This document shows positions 1 to 10,338 of a DNA stretch of 64,000 bases, one piece after another. This DNA is from an uncultured Chthonomonadaceae bacterium. GTDB lineage: Bacteria; Armatimonadota; Chthonomonadetes; Chthonomonadales; Chthonomonadaceae. Under the pieces are notes generated by a model. That model was not told the DNA's origin and made no database searches. It saw only the letters and a program-made list of their open reading frames with translations. The stretch lies in assembly GCA_963817895.1 (NCBI GenBank), contig CAWFQB010000014.1:640001-704000 (forward strand), written 5' to 3'. Every line of letters begins with the position of its first letter. Positions within the stretch are counted from its first letter, which is position 1. Made by a program: the position numbers and the translations under genes.

Positions 1-2
1 AG

Positions 3-638
3 TCGCGGGCGGCTCTGGAAGTCGCCACAGAACAGCGCATTGACACTATTTGCGACGCTTTTGCCCAGATCATTGACGCCAAATCGCCCTTTACAGCGGA
101 ACACTCATCGCGTGTTCGCGACTTTGCGGTTGAAATAGGGCAGGCAATGGGGTTCGCGCCCGCCCGCCTGACCGTGCTTCGCCGCGCCGCCCTGCTGCAC
201 GATGTCGGCAAACTGGGCGTATCCAACGCCATTCTGGATAAGCCGGGAAAACCCGATGAGGACGAATGGGCTTCGATTCGGAAACATCCGATGTTCACAA
301 ACCAGATTCTCAGCCACATTCACGGCTTTGCGCGTTTGACGGAAATCGCCAGCGCGCACCACGAGCGGCTGGATGGAAAAGGCTACTTTCGGGGATTGGG
401 CGCGGATCAGCTTGATCTGGATATGCGAATCCTTGCCGTTGCGGATGTATTCGACGCCCTTTCCGCCAAACGCCCGTATCGCGACGCCCTGCCCCTGCCG
501 CAAGTCTTCGCCATTCTGGACAAGGACGCCGGGATCGCTCTGGACGCAGAATGTATCGGCACACTGAAGGAGATTTATCGCGACGGCGACCTTCACGCGC
601 CTGCGCCGGTTACGCTGCAAACCACCTTAGCCGCGTGA
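3..638 (+). CDS. HD-GYP domain phosphodiesterase (5' part outside window)
   Basis: Frame open from window start (IIDAKSPFTAEHSSRV); LLHDVGK, HHERLDGKGY, ADVFDAL and RPYR motifs. Confidence 0.85.
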   Translation, partial: SRAALEVATEQRIDTICDAFAQIIDAKSPFTAEHSSRVRDFAVEIGQAMGFAPARLTVLRRAALLHDVGKLGVSNAILDKPGKPDEDEWASIRKHPMFTNQILSHIHGFARLTEIASAHHERLDGKGYFRGLGADQLDLDMRILAVADVFDALSAKRPYRDALPLPQVFAILDKDAGIALDAECIGTLKEIYRDGDLHAPAPVTLQTTLAA

Positions 639-654
639 AGAAAAATTGGGACGG

Positions 655-1464
655 TTAACGCGCAATCTGACGGCGGCGTGTTTTGAAGCGACGGCCTAAT
701 GTCACCACGCCCGAACTGAAGACGCTTAGAATAATCCACAGGGGCGCAAAGGACAAGGCGACATGAAAGCCTGCGCCAATATAAGAATAGGAATATTGCG
801 CATACGTCTTCCCTGTCAGCCAACTGACATAAGAACTCTGTGCCGCATTGATGGCGGCAAAACCGATGATGAGCAGGGGAAGCGTCAGAGCATAACCCGA
901 CAGTGTCGCAAGAACAGGATGACGGCGCGCGCGTAGACCGATGAGGGTTCCCGATACAAGCGGCGGCGCGTAGAATATGGTCATCATCAGCGGAAGGCGC
1001 AGGGGCGCTTCATGTTCCATGAAGGTCATCATCATCAGGATGGCCGAAGCGAACAGCGCCAGAACTTCGGAAACCGTCCACATTTTCCATGCCAGTTTCA
1101 ATGACGGCCAGAAGGAGACGGCTTTTGTTTCTACCAGCGTGGTTTCCCACTCCTCCTGCCACTGTCGGGCAACAACCTGCGGCTTGCCGAACTGCGCGAG
1201 GGCGTGTTCCACCGCCTGTTCGGGAGAATAGCCGAGTTCCTGCATAGCAATCACAGCCGCCTGCAAATGGCCCTGCATCTCCTGCCGCATTTCCAGAACG
1301 GCATTAGCAGGCGTTTCGGGAGGCAGGCCCGCGCAAATGGCGTCCAGATAGGCGTCAATCTGCGTATCAACGGTTACGGCATCAGCCTGTGGGTTCAGGA
1401 TGGGGCTGTAGTCCGAGACGGGGAATTGGTTTTGATGGTTGGGTTCCTGCTGATGTTCCTGCAT
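655..1464 (-). CDS. Membrane protein with N-terminal HAAS/permease-prefix-type domain (typical PadR partner)
   Basis: IDAYLDAI...EMRQEMQGHL...EQAVEHALAQFGKP signature followed by about 4 TM helices; directly downstream of a PadR gene. Confidence 0.7.
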   Translation of the reverse strand: MQEHQQEPNHQNQFPVSDYSPILNPQADAVTVDTQIDAYLDAICAGLPPETPANAVLEMRQEMQGHLQAAVIAMQELGYSPEQAVEHALAQFGKPQVVARQWQEEWETTLVETKAVSFWPSLKLAWKMWTVSEVLALFASAILMMMTFMEHEAPLRLPLMMTIFYAPPLVSGTLIGLRARRHPVLATLSGYALTLPLLIIGFAAINAAQSSYVSWLTGKTYAQYSYSYIGAGFHVALSFAPLWIILSVFSSGVVTLGRRFKTRRRQIAR

Positions 1465-1807
1465 GATGTTCTCCCTGTTGACTGCCCGCGATCACGCTTT
1501 GTACCGCAGTTGCAAAAGCGTTCCACGTTTGTGTTCGCCGCTCCAATGCGGCCAGTCCCTGCGGCGTGATGTCATAAACTTTGCGTTCCCGCCCGCCGTT
1601 TTCTTTCTGCCACGCGCCCACGATCAGCCCTTCGCGTTCGAGGGCGTGAAGCGCGGGGTACAGCGTCCCCTCCTTGAACTTCAGAGCGTTGTTGCTGCGC
1701 CGCTCGATTTCACGGGCAATGCCGTAGCCATGCAGGGGCGCGTCACTCAGCACGGCCAGCACAAGCGTCGGCGTATTCCCTTTGAGCAGTTCCCGCTCCT
1801 CGTCCAT
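1382..1807 (-). CDS. PadR-family transcriptional regulator
   Basis: LHGYGI...EGTLYPALHALEREGLI...RKVYDITPQG; ATG at 1807 with AGGAG RBS at 1813-1817. Confidence 0.9.
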   Translation of the reverse strand: MDEERELLKGNTPTLVLAVLSDAPLHGYGIAREIERRSNNALKFKEGTLYPALHALEREGLIVGAWQKENGGRERKVYDITPQGLAALERRTQTWNAFATAVQSVIAGSQQGEHHAGTSAGTQPSKPIPRLGLQPHPEPTG

Positions 1808-1826
1808 AGTCACTCCTGAAGGCATT

Positions 1827-1867
1827 GCATTGGATTACAGTATACATCGGAATCCAATGCTTGTCAA
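1827..1867 (-). promoter_or_regulatory. Sigma70-type promoter overlapped by an inverted-repeat operator
   Basis: Minus strand TTGACA (1867-1862), 17 bp, TATACT (1844-1839); inverted repeat GCATTGGATT (1827-1836) / AATCCAATGC (1851-1860). Confidence 0.75.
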
Positions 1868-1922
1868 GCAAAATTAGAGAATAGAGAGTAGGGGGAATTT
1901 TGTTTATCCTACTCCCTATCAC

Positions 1923-3140
1923 CTACTCCCTACTCCCCGGCCTTAGCAGTTGTTCGGGAAGCGCGATAAGCGTGGTGGAAATGGGGCGCAGCAGTTGGTC
2001 GCCCGGGGTCTGGGGCGGGGCGGAACCGCGCAGCAGCAGGCGCGGGTTGTTTTCCTGCTTCTGTCGCTCCTGCAAGACGGGGAGGATTTGACGGGCGGCG
2101 TCGCGAACCGATTGCGTCCAGCCGTTTTCCGCCACGCTTTCCACAGACCGAACCGCGCTGCCATCCCCGATTTTACCCAATGCTGCCAGCGCGTCGAGTA
2201 CCAGTTGTTCGGTATGCGCGTGGTTGGCGAACAGGCGTTCTTTTTTCACATTGAGCAGTCGGCACAGGGCGGGAACCGTGTCCGCGTCCAGCCGCGCATA
2301 GTGGTCAGGGGTTATCTCCGGCAGGCATTGTCGCAGGCTTTCTTCAGCCACGCTCCGAATACCGGGGCTGACATCCAGCGTGGCGCGGGCAAGCGCGCCA
2401 ACGGCTTCCGGCGACCGCAGCCGTCCCATCGCCAGAACCGCCGCCATACGGACGCGATTAGCGCGATGGACATTCAGCACGCCGCCAAGCCCAAATAGAA
2501 CGATAAATACGGGAATCAGAAACGCGACAAACAGTACCGCGCTCATATATTCAAACAGCGTAGCGTCTGCCACAAGTTTGTTTGTGATGGGCGCGGCCAT
2601 CATCTGAATTGTGATTGCCACCGCGCCCAATGCAGAGACAGGCAGAGTCCGCCAGAGGGATACTTGCAGATGCCCGCGCAGTTGTTCGGCTTGCGACACA
2701 TGACGGTTTCGCGTGACCCTGCCGAGTTCGCGCGCCGCTTCCGCCTGTTGTGAGGGCGTCAGGGGCGAATGTCCGAGCAGCCACGCGCACAACATGCGCT
2801 CACGCCACAGAGAGGGCGCGGGACTGCACAATCCGCCAATCACGGCAGCGAATTTGTACGGACTGAGCGGGCCGGGATTTTTCCAGTAAGCGTCCTGTTG
2901 GGGCAGAAAAGAGTCTCGGGACAATTTCAGGCGCAGCCGCCTGATGTGCAGCGATTGTTCCTGTGTTTTCAGCGCACACATTGCCGCTTGCGTATCTACT
3001 CCTGCGGCTGTATCGGAAGCCTGATAAGCGTCTTCAGTCAGGGACGTTTCCGGCGTTACGGAAGGCCATGCTCCTGCCGTATACAGCGGGCCTGTTTCGT
3101 CCGTTTCTTCCTGTGTTTGCTGATGCAGCATGTGTGTCAC
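1923..3140 (-). CDS. Membrane protein with HEAT-like repeats and triple LLR C-terminal tail
   Basis: Two central TM segments, HEAT-like helices (AVLAMGRLRSPEAVGAL; ALGKIGDGSAV), tail LLRG/LLRP/LLRP. Confidence 0.75.
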   Translation of the reverse strand: MTHMLHQQTQEETDETGPLYTAGAWPSVTPETSLTEDAYQASDTAAGVDTQAAMCALKTQEQSLHIRRLRLKLSRDSFLPQQDAYWKNPGPLSPYKFAAVIGGLCSPAPSLWRERMLCAWLLGHSPLTPSQQAEAARELGRVTRNRHVSQAEQLRGHLQVSLWRTLPVSALGAVAITIQMMAAPITNKLVADATLFEYMSAVLFVAFLIPVFIVLFGLGGVLNVHRANRVRMAAVLAMGRLRSPEAVGALARATLDVSPGIRSVAEESLRQCLPEITPDHYARLDADTVPALCRLLNVKKERLFANHAHTEQLVLDALAALGKIGDGSAVRSVESVAENGWTQSVRDAARQILPVLQERQKQENNPRLLLRGSAPPQTPGDQLLRPISTTLIALPEQLLRPGSRE

Positions 3141-3197
3141 CGGGGCTTTCTAAGAAGCCCTCAACCCTTGGCCCCAATCCCATTCAAATAAGCGTTT

Positions 3198-3266
3198 GTA
3201 GGGACACAACTTGTCGTGTCCGCATTGGACAAGGACGGAGGAGGACACAACAAGTTGTGTCCCTAC
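3198..3266. repeat. REP-like GTAG palindrome doublet
   Basis: GTAGGGACACAACTTGTCGTGTCC ... GGACACAACAAGTTGTGTCCCTAC inverted pair; related copies at 6141-6164 and 42919-42942. Confidence 0.7.
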
Positions 3267-3364
3267 GGAATTGTTTTTGCGGCAGAATTGCCTTATTTAA
3301 CAGTATTACCTCTAACCCTTTCTCCAAAAAGCATGGGAGAAGGGAAACCTACAGGTAAAAGTTC

Positions 3365-4501
3365 TTATCCGCCGTTGATGGGGCGTAAGAGCGTATGCGG
3401 CTGCGTTTCGTCGGCAGGGTTTGCGATGGGGCGCAGCAGAATGAGGGGCGATTCGGACGGCATTGCCGCGCTCCGCAGCAAAATGCGCTGATTCGTCTCC
3501 TGCTGTTGGCGGGCGAGCAGAATCGGAAGCAGTTCTTTCGCGGCCTGATTGACCGGGGCCGTCCAGCCGGTATTAATCAGATTGCGGGCGGCATAAACGG
3601 CGCGGCCATCTCCTATTTTGCCAAGCGCGTCCAGAATACACAATGCCAGTTCGGTCGCGCTTGCGCTGTTGTGGTGCAGTTGTTCGCGCGCCCGTTCCAG
3701 CAGGCGGCACAGATTGGGAACCACATCCGCCTCCATATCGCCGTAGCGCGCGGGCGTGAGTTGCGCAAGGCAGGCCATCAGCGCGGGTTCCGCCGCGCCA
3801 CGCACCATGCGGCTGCTATCCAGAGCGGTACGCGCAAGGGTGGCAACGCTGTCCGAGCAGGCGATACGGCCCAACGCGGTTGCCGCCGTCACGCGCAGGC
3901 GATTGGCGCGGATGGTTGCGGCGGTTTTCAGCGAGTGGTTCAGCCGATAGCCGATGTACACGCTGCCCAACAGCGCGCCCGCCTGAAAAAGCAGGGGACT
4001 GCCGTGTCCCTCGGACGAATGCCAGGTCAGGGCGAACAGCCAGCACAGCAGCCAGGGGATTGCCACCATGACAACGGGCGCGTCCAGCCAGCGTTCCTTG
4101 TGGCCGCCCCGCGCCAGCATTTTGCGGCGCAGGATATGGCACAGCGCGCGGCTGACGGTTTGCCGTTGACGGCCTGTTAGATGCGCCAGTCCCAGCGCCC
4201 ACACTGCCGCCCCGCGCTCCTCCCAATGCTCCTCGAACGGCCCCTCCAGCATCGTGAGAAGGGCGTGGAGCGTAGTATTCGGCAGATGCGCCTGCCCCAG
4301 TTGCATCAGCGCGTCGGGCGTGAGCAGGCTGCGCCGCCGGATACGCCGGATACGCTGCTGCATTTTGCGCCGCTCTTCGGGCGTGACGGCAAGGCGTTCC
4401 CCGCGCAGGCGCTCTTCCGGCGACGCGGTTCCCGCCTCCTGCCACAGCAGAGGCGGGGCGGAACGCGCTATGGTTTCCGATGCGACAAGGCTTTGCAGCA
4501 T
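3365..4501 (-). CDS. Membrane protein with HEAT-like repeats and triple LLR tail (paralog of 1923-3140)
   Basis: Collinear similarity (RANRLRVTAATALGR; VPNLCRLL; ALGKIGDGRAV; GWT); tail LLRS/LLRP/LLRP. Confidence 0.75.
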   Translation of the reverse strand: MLQSLVASETIARSAPPLLWQEAGTASPEERLRGERLAVTPEERRKMQQRIRRIRRRSLLTPDALMQLGQAHLPNTTLHALLTMLEGPFEEHWEERGAAVWALGLAHLTGRQRQTVSRALCHILRRKMLARGGHKERWLDAPVVMVAIPWLLCWLFALTWHSSEGHGSPLLFQAGALLGSVYIGYRLNHSLKTAATIRANRLRVTAATALGRIACSDSVATLARTALDSSRMVRGAAEPALMACLAQLTPARYGDMEADVVPNLCRLLERAREQLHHNSASATELALCILDALGKIGDGRAVYAARNLINTGWTAPVNQAAKELLPILLARQQQETNQRILLRSAAMPSESPLILLRPIANPADETQPHTLLRPINGG

Positions 4502-4638
4502 AAGCCCTCACTCCTCACCTTATTCTAAAATAGCCCTCAACCCGGGCGTCCACTTGTGGACATAACCCCTTCTCCCAGGCTTTTTTGGGAGAAGGGGAGA
4601 AGTTTTTCATACCAGCCCGGAAACGAGAACTGTTCAAT

Positions 4639-5967
4639 TCAATACGGGCGAACGGCCTGACACAGATCGAGCGGATGGGATTCGCCGGACACGCGCAGGC
4701 GCGGGTTGGCCTGCGCTTCGGCAAGCAGGGCGGACGAGATTTCCAGAAACTGCGTGTCCGCGGTGTTGCGGATACGGGCGAAGCGCACCGTTTCCGGGTC
4801 GGCTTTGCCACAGCAGGCATACGCGGTACGGACGCAATCCTCACCCGTCGGCTGAATCATCGGCAACCGCCCGCGCAGGATACCGCCCTCGCCACTCGTC
4901 CGCATGTTGATGTAACTGGCGGTGAAATCGGTTTTCTCAATCAACTTGCGCGTGACCAGATCGGCCAGCCCGAACGCGGTGGCGTTGCCGTGCGAGGCAG
5001 CGGTCAAATCCAGCACGGCAATAATCCGAATATCCGGCCCGCCCCACGTATGTTCGGCGATTCCGGGCATGGTTCCCCTGCCGATGACATGCGTATCCAT
5101 TCCCGCCCCGCTGATGTTTTTTCCCATCTCGTCTATAACCAGCGCGTCAATTTCGTCGAACGGCAGACTCGGCGCGATCTGGCGGGCGCGTTTAAGCAAC
5201 GCCTTTTCGCCCTCCTGTCCAATCTGTTCCGGCAGCACGGCGTGTAGTTCGGATACATGGCCGAGTTCGTTTTCAATGGTGGCGATGCCGCCGAGCAGGG
5301 GCAGATGCTTCGCGTTGTAGCGGGCCAGTCGGGGTATCAAATCCCGCAGGCCCCGCGCGCCGTAACGGTGTACGCTTTCCGCGCCGTGCCGCTTGCCCAA
5401 TCCGATCACGCTCATCTTGCCGATGCCCGACTCCCATTCGCCGCTGAAGTCGGTATGCGCTTTGATACGATTGATCAGCAGAATCGCGTCGGCGGCAAGG
5501 GCGTTGCGTTCGCAATACACGGGCTGCCCCGCGTACTCGCCCGCGTCTTCGCCCTCCAAAGTGCCAATCTGACCTACGTCCATCGTAGCGCGAATTTCTG
5601 CCCCGACGGATTCGGGCGTGATACCGTAGCCCTCCAGAACCTCTATCTGCCCTGCTGCTGTCGCGCCGCCATGACTGCCCATCGCGGGAACCACATAGGG
5701 TTTCATGCCGCGCGTTTTCAACTGCGCAATGGCAGCCGCAACAATCGTCACCAGATTGTCAAGGCCGCGACTTCCGACTCCGACTGCCACCGTCGCGCCG
5801 GACGCAAGCCCTTTCTTGTTCAGCAACGTATCTACCGCCGCCTGCGCCTGAAGGGTAATCTGCTCCCCACTCAGCGCGGGAGTGTCGTACAACTGCTCCA
5901 CCGTCCAGACGGTGGGAAGCGGAATATGGGGAAAAGTAAATATATCAATCGGCAAATCAATGCGCAT
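4639..5967 (-). CDS. Lactate racemase (LarA) N-terminal-like domain protein
   Basis: VAVGVGSRG, PAMGSHGGAT, NRIKAHTDF, GKNISGAGMD motifs. Confidence 0.75.
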   Translation of the reverse strand: MRIDLPIDIFTFPHIPLPTVWTVEQLYDTPALSGEQITLQAQAAVDTLLNKKGLASGATVAVGVGSRGLDNLVTIVAAAIAQLKTRGMKPYVVPAMGSHGGATAAGQIEVLEGYGITPESVGAEIRATMDVGQIGTLEGEDAGEYAGQPVYCERNALAADAILLINRIKAHTDFSGEWESGIGKMSVIGLGKRHGAESVHRYGARGLRDLIPRLARYNAKHLPLLGGIATIENELGHVSELHAVLPEQIGQEGEKALLKRARQIAPSLPFDEIDALVIDEMGKNISGAGMDTHVIGRGTMPGIAEHTWGGPDIRIIAVLDLTAASHGNATAFGLADLVTRKLIEKTDFTASYINMRTSGEGGILRGRLPMIQPTGEDCVRTAYACCGKADPETVRFARIRNTADTQFLEISSALLAEAQANPRLRVSGESHPLDLCQAVRPY

Positions 5968-6090
5968 GGCGGGTTTCCTGAATCGCGCTTACTGAAGGAC
6001 AAGGTTACGGGCAGAACAGCAATCGCGGAAGTGTGTTGCCGCATAGTTTCGACACCGGCGCGAAATCCCCTTCTTTTGGCGACAGAGGTT

Positions 6091-6230
6091 TCCAGGGATT
6101 AAAAATCCCTGTCTGTACAAAGCAAGCGTCCTGCTCACGCGGACGCAACATGTTGTGTTCCTACGCTTCTAAACTTTTCCGCGTCTGAGGGACGCTTGCG
6201 CTTTCCTGCCGGATATTTTCAATACCCGGC
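6091..6230. repeat. Paired double-hairpin palindromic element; solo copy at 62345-62396
   Basis: Reverse complement of 6178-6230 closely matches 62345-62396 (CCGGGKATTGAAAAT..CCGGCAGGAAAGYGCAAGCGTCC...GACGCGGA). Confidence 0.65.
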
Positions 6231-6403
6231 ACAGAGACAGGTTAAATCTGAAACGCGCCCATGTTTAAGCCTGCGCGTGGTATAATGCTGTATACCCCCA
6301 CGCAATTCTCACAAGCGAAAGTCTGCTTTATATAATGACCCCAAGAATTCGGACAGTGGTTTAAGGTGGTGGCTGTGTCACAATAAACACAGGAGAACCC
6401 ACT

Positions 6404-6694
6404 ATGTCTACCATCCGTAAACGCTATTCTGCCGAGTTCAAAGCAAAACTGGCTTTGGAAGTGGTCAAAGGCAACCACACTCTTGCCGAGATTGCCAGTG
6501 ACGCGCAAGTGCATCCCAATCTGCTGATGCAGTGGAAAAAGCAACTGCTCGACAGTTTGCCTACGGTCTTTGCCGATAAGCGCGTCAAAGACACCAAAGA
6601 CCAGGAAGAGAAAGAAGCCCAACTTTACCAGCAGATCGGCCAACTCAAGGTTGAACTGGACTGGCTCAAAAAAAAATCAGGTCGCCTCGGTTGA
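6404..6694 (+). CDS. IS3 transposase OrfA (HTH)
   Basis: RKRYSAEFKAKLALE...VHPN...WKKQ...LYQQIGQLKVELDWLKKKS. Confidence 0.92.
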   Translation: MSTIRKRYSAEFKAKLALEVVKGNHTLAEIASDAQVHPNLLMQWKKQLLDSLPTVFADKRVKDTKDQEEKEAQLYQQIGQLKVELDWLKKKSGRLG

Positions 6695-7523
6695 GACGCT
6701 GCGGCAGCGCGTGGAAGTCGGGCATCCGCATCTGAGCATTGGGCGTCAATGTGAACTGCTCGGTCTGTCGCGTTCCGGCTACTACTACCAGCCAACAGGT
6801 GAAAACGCGTTCAATCTGCTTCTCATGCAGCTCATAGATAAGGAGTATACCAAGCATCCATTCTTCGGCTACCGGAAGATGGTTCATGTCTTGCGCGAAG
6901 ACGGGCATCTTGTCAACAAGAAGCGGATTGCCCGCTTGATGCAGGTTATGGGATTGCAGGCCATGGTTCCCGGCCCGAATACGAGCCGCCCGCATCCTGA
7001 AAATCCCATCTACCCGTACCTTTTGCGCGGCGTCAAGATAAACGCAGTCAATCAGGTGTGGAGTTGCGACATCACCTATATTCCCTTAGAGAAAGGATTT
7101 GTCTACCTGTTTGCCATTATCGATTGGTACAGTCGCTTCGTTCTGACGTGGCAATTGTCCAACACGCTCGACACGGCTTTTTGCTGCGAAGGACTGGATC
7201 AGGCTCTGGGAAGCGGTAAGCCCATGATCTTCAATTCGGATCAGGGCGTCCAATTTACCAGCAAGGAGTTCACGGGTCGCTTGCTATCCGCCGACATTAC
7301 CATCAGCATGGATGGACGAGGCCGGGCGCTGGACAACATCTTCGTGGAACGCTTGTGGCGAACGGTCAAATACGAAGACGTGTATCTCAAAGGCTACGAA
7401 ACGCCAAAAGCCGTGTACAACGGATTGCACAGCTACTTCCAGTTCTATAATGAAGCGCGTCCGCACCAAGCGCTGGCCTACAAAACACCAGCCCAAGTGT
7501 ATCAACAAGCGCTCGGTTGCTAG
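6668..7523 (+). CDS. IS3 transposase OrfB (DDE), joined to OrfA by a -1 shift at an A9 run
   Basis: A9 at 6668-6676; VWSCDITYI, NSDQGVQF, DNIFVERLWRTVKYE catalytic motifs. Confidence 0.92.
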
Positions 7524-7628
7524 AGCAAAACAACCGATGCGGCGACCACCTTAAACATGACGAAAATTTGTCTTGACAAAGGGGGTCACTATATTATTTT
7601 GCTTCGTAAATGTGTATACACAACGCGA

Positions 7629-8609
<981 letters not shown>

Positions 8610-8620
8610 CCACAGAGGAA

Positions 8621-8857
8621 GAAAAGGAGAAGAGGAGAGGGAACCGCGAAAGACGCTAAATAAACGAAAAAAGGATAAAAAGAAAATGCACCCCCCGGAG
8701 AACACGGATAAATGCGGATAGGAACAGTACGAAATTAGTTCTTCCTCTTTGCAATCCTATTAATCCTCTGTATTCCTTTTTGTCTCTTCTTCTTTTTGCT
8801 TATTTCGCGTGTTTCGCGGTTCCCTCTCCCTTTCTCCTTTTCTCCTCTTCTCCTTTT
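8621..8857. repeat. Nested inverted 8-9-mer repeat dyad between convergent genes
   Basis: GAAAAGGAGAAGAGGAGAGGGAACCGCGAAA... mirrored by ...TTTCGCGGTTCCCTCTCCCTTTCTCCTTTTC. Confidence 0.65.
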
Positions 8858-10201
8858 CTAGTTCGTCAGGTACTCGGCGGCGGCTTCGCGCAGGAGGGTG
8901 CGGCGGTAGCGGGCGAGGCGGAGAGTTTCCTGAGGGTCGGGGGGCGAGGACAGGGTCGTCAGGTCGGCGGTGACGGTGGCGTTGGCGCGATTGTAGCCGC
9001 GTGGCAGGGACAGAAACCCGGCAGCCGCCAGCAGTTCTTGATACTCGGCAAGCGCGAATTGCAGGCGTCTGAGGTTGACGGGAAACGTCAGGGGCAGATA
9101 GGCGCGAGTCCACGTTTCCACTTCGGCCAGCCACCAGCGATCTTCCACGCGCCGATGAATAAAGCGGTAGTAGATGGCCGCCTGCCATGCCCGGTCTTCG
9201 CAGGCGAACACGCCCTCGTGTTTGATTGGCAGCCCGAAAAACCCGTCGAGCGTGAGCGGCGTCACCCGATGCCGCTGCGCCAGCCATTCCCATAGTTGGT
9301 GGTTGGTGGCTGGGGGTTGGTGGCTGGTTTTTCCTGTTCCCTGTCCCCTGTCCCCTGTTCCCTGTATCGGACTGTTCGGCTGTAGATTGTGGGGCCAGTC
9401 GAGGAGGGCGAAGGGGAAGGGGAGTTCGAGGAGGGGGCGGGTGACCAGACGACCGGCGGGGCGCATGGCCTGCGCGTCCGGGTTGGGGCGGAAGCGGGCG
9501 AGCGTACTCGCGGGAAGCTGTTCGCCGATGGCGTCCAGAAACAGCAGGGGCGCGCCATCCCACAGCAGGCCGCGTTCCAGTTCATGAGTGCGGAGAATGG
9601 CAACGGCAGGCCGCCCGGCGGGAACCGGAGAAGGGGACGCGATTGTGTTGTAATTGTGTGGCTTGCCGGTGGCGTTGCTGTTGGGAATTGGGGCGGTTTC
9701 GCGCAACAGGCGGGAACCGCCGAGCAGCCACAGGTCTTGAATGTCCACGCTGCGATACAGTTCATGCCGTCGCCGCCATTCCCGCGCAGTCATGTTGGCG
9801 CACTGATATTCGATGGCGATGCGCTGTTGCGGCGAAACAATCACAAGCACATCGGCGCGCTGGTTGGTTTCGGGAATATGCGCTTCCACGATAATGTCGG
9901 CATCGGGCAGGCAGGTTCGCAACCATTGCGTGATCAACAGTTTGCCGGCGCGGTGTTCTTCGGTTTCAGGTTCTGTTTGCGGGGCGGTACATACTGCCCC
10001 CGGAAGATGCGCGAAGTGGTGGGCGCGAACAGTTCCCGCATGAAGAATTACGGACGCGCGGCAGCCGGGGCAGGTCAGCAGGCGCGCGTTGGACAGGCGG
10101 CGCAGTTCGTCCGGCGGCGTCAGTCCGATGGTAACGCGAACCTTGCCCCATTGCGCCGCCAGAAACGTTTGCCCGCTCTGCTCTTTCATCGGGTTCCTCA
10201 C
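8858..10201 (-). CDS. Competence protein CoiA-like nuclease
   Basis: CPGC...HHFAH...ETEEH..GK, then RADV...IAIEYQC PD-(D/E)xK-type motif. Confidence 0.75.
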   Translation of the reverse strand: MRNPMKEQSGQTFLAAQWGKVRVTIGLTPPDELRRLSNARLLTCPGCRASVILHAGTVRAHHFAHLPGAVCTAPQTEPETEEHRAGKLLITQWLRTCLPDADIIVEAHIPETNQRADVLVIVSPQQRIAIEYQCANMTAREWRRRHELYRSVDIQDLWLLGGSRLLRETAPIPNSNATGKPHNYNTIASPSPVPAGRPAVAILRTHELERGLLWDGAPLLFLDAIGEQLPASTLARFRPNPDAQAMRPAGRLVTRPLLELPFPFALLDWPHNLQPNSPIQGTGDRGQGTGKTSHQPPATNHQLWEWLAQRHRVTPLTLDGFFGLPIKHEGVFACEDRAWQAAIYYRFIHRRVEDRWWLAEVETWTRAYLPLTFPVNLRRLQFALAEYQELLAAAGFLSLPRGYNRANATVTADLTTLSSPPDPQETLRLARYRRTLLREAAAEYLTN

Positions 10202-10338
10202 AGGTCACAGGATAACTTCCTGCTTTGTTGGGCGCAGCAAGCAACGCCCCTACCAATACGGCTTCTCAGGGATATAATCAGCAGGAATTATTCTACCATT
10301 TTGGCGCGCGTTTGACAATCACGCGGCAGGCGAAAATT

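Larger units (their letters stand above)
6331..7593 (+). mobile_element. IS3-family insertion sequence, 1263 bp
   Basis: Terminal IRs TATAATGACCCC / GGGGTCACTATA, subterminal TTTAAGGTGGT / ACCACCTTAAA, 3-bp target duplication TTA (6328-6330, 7594-7596), orfA/orfB pair. Confidence 0.92.
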
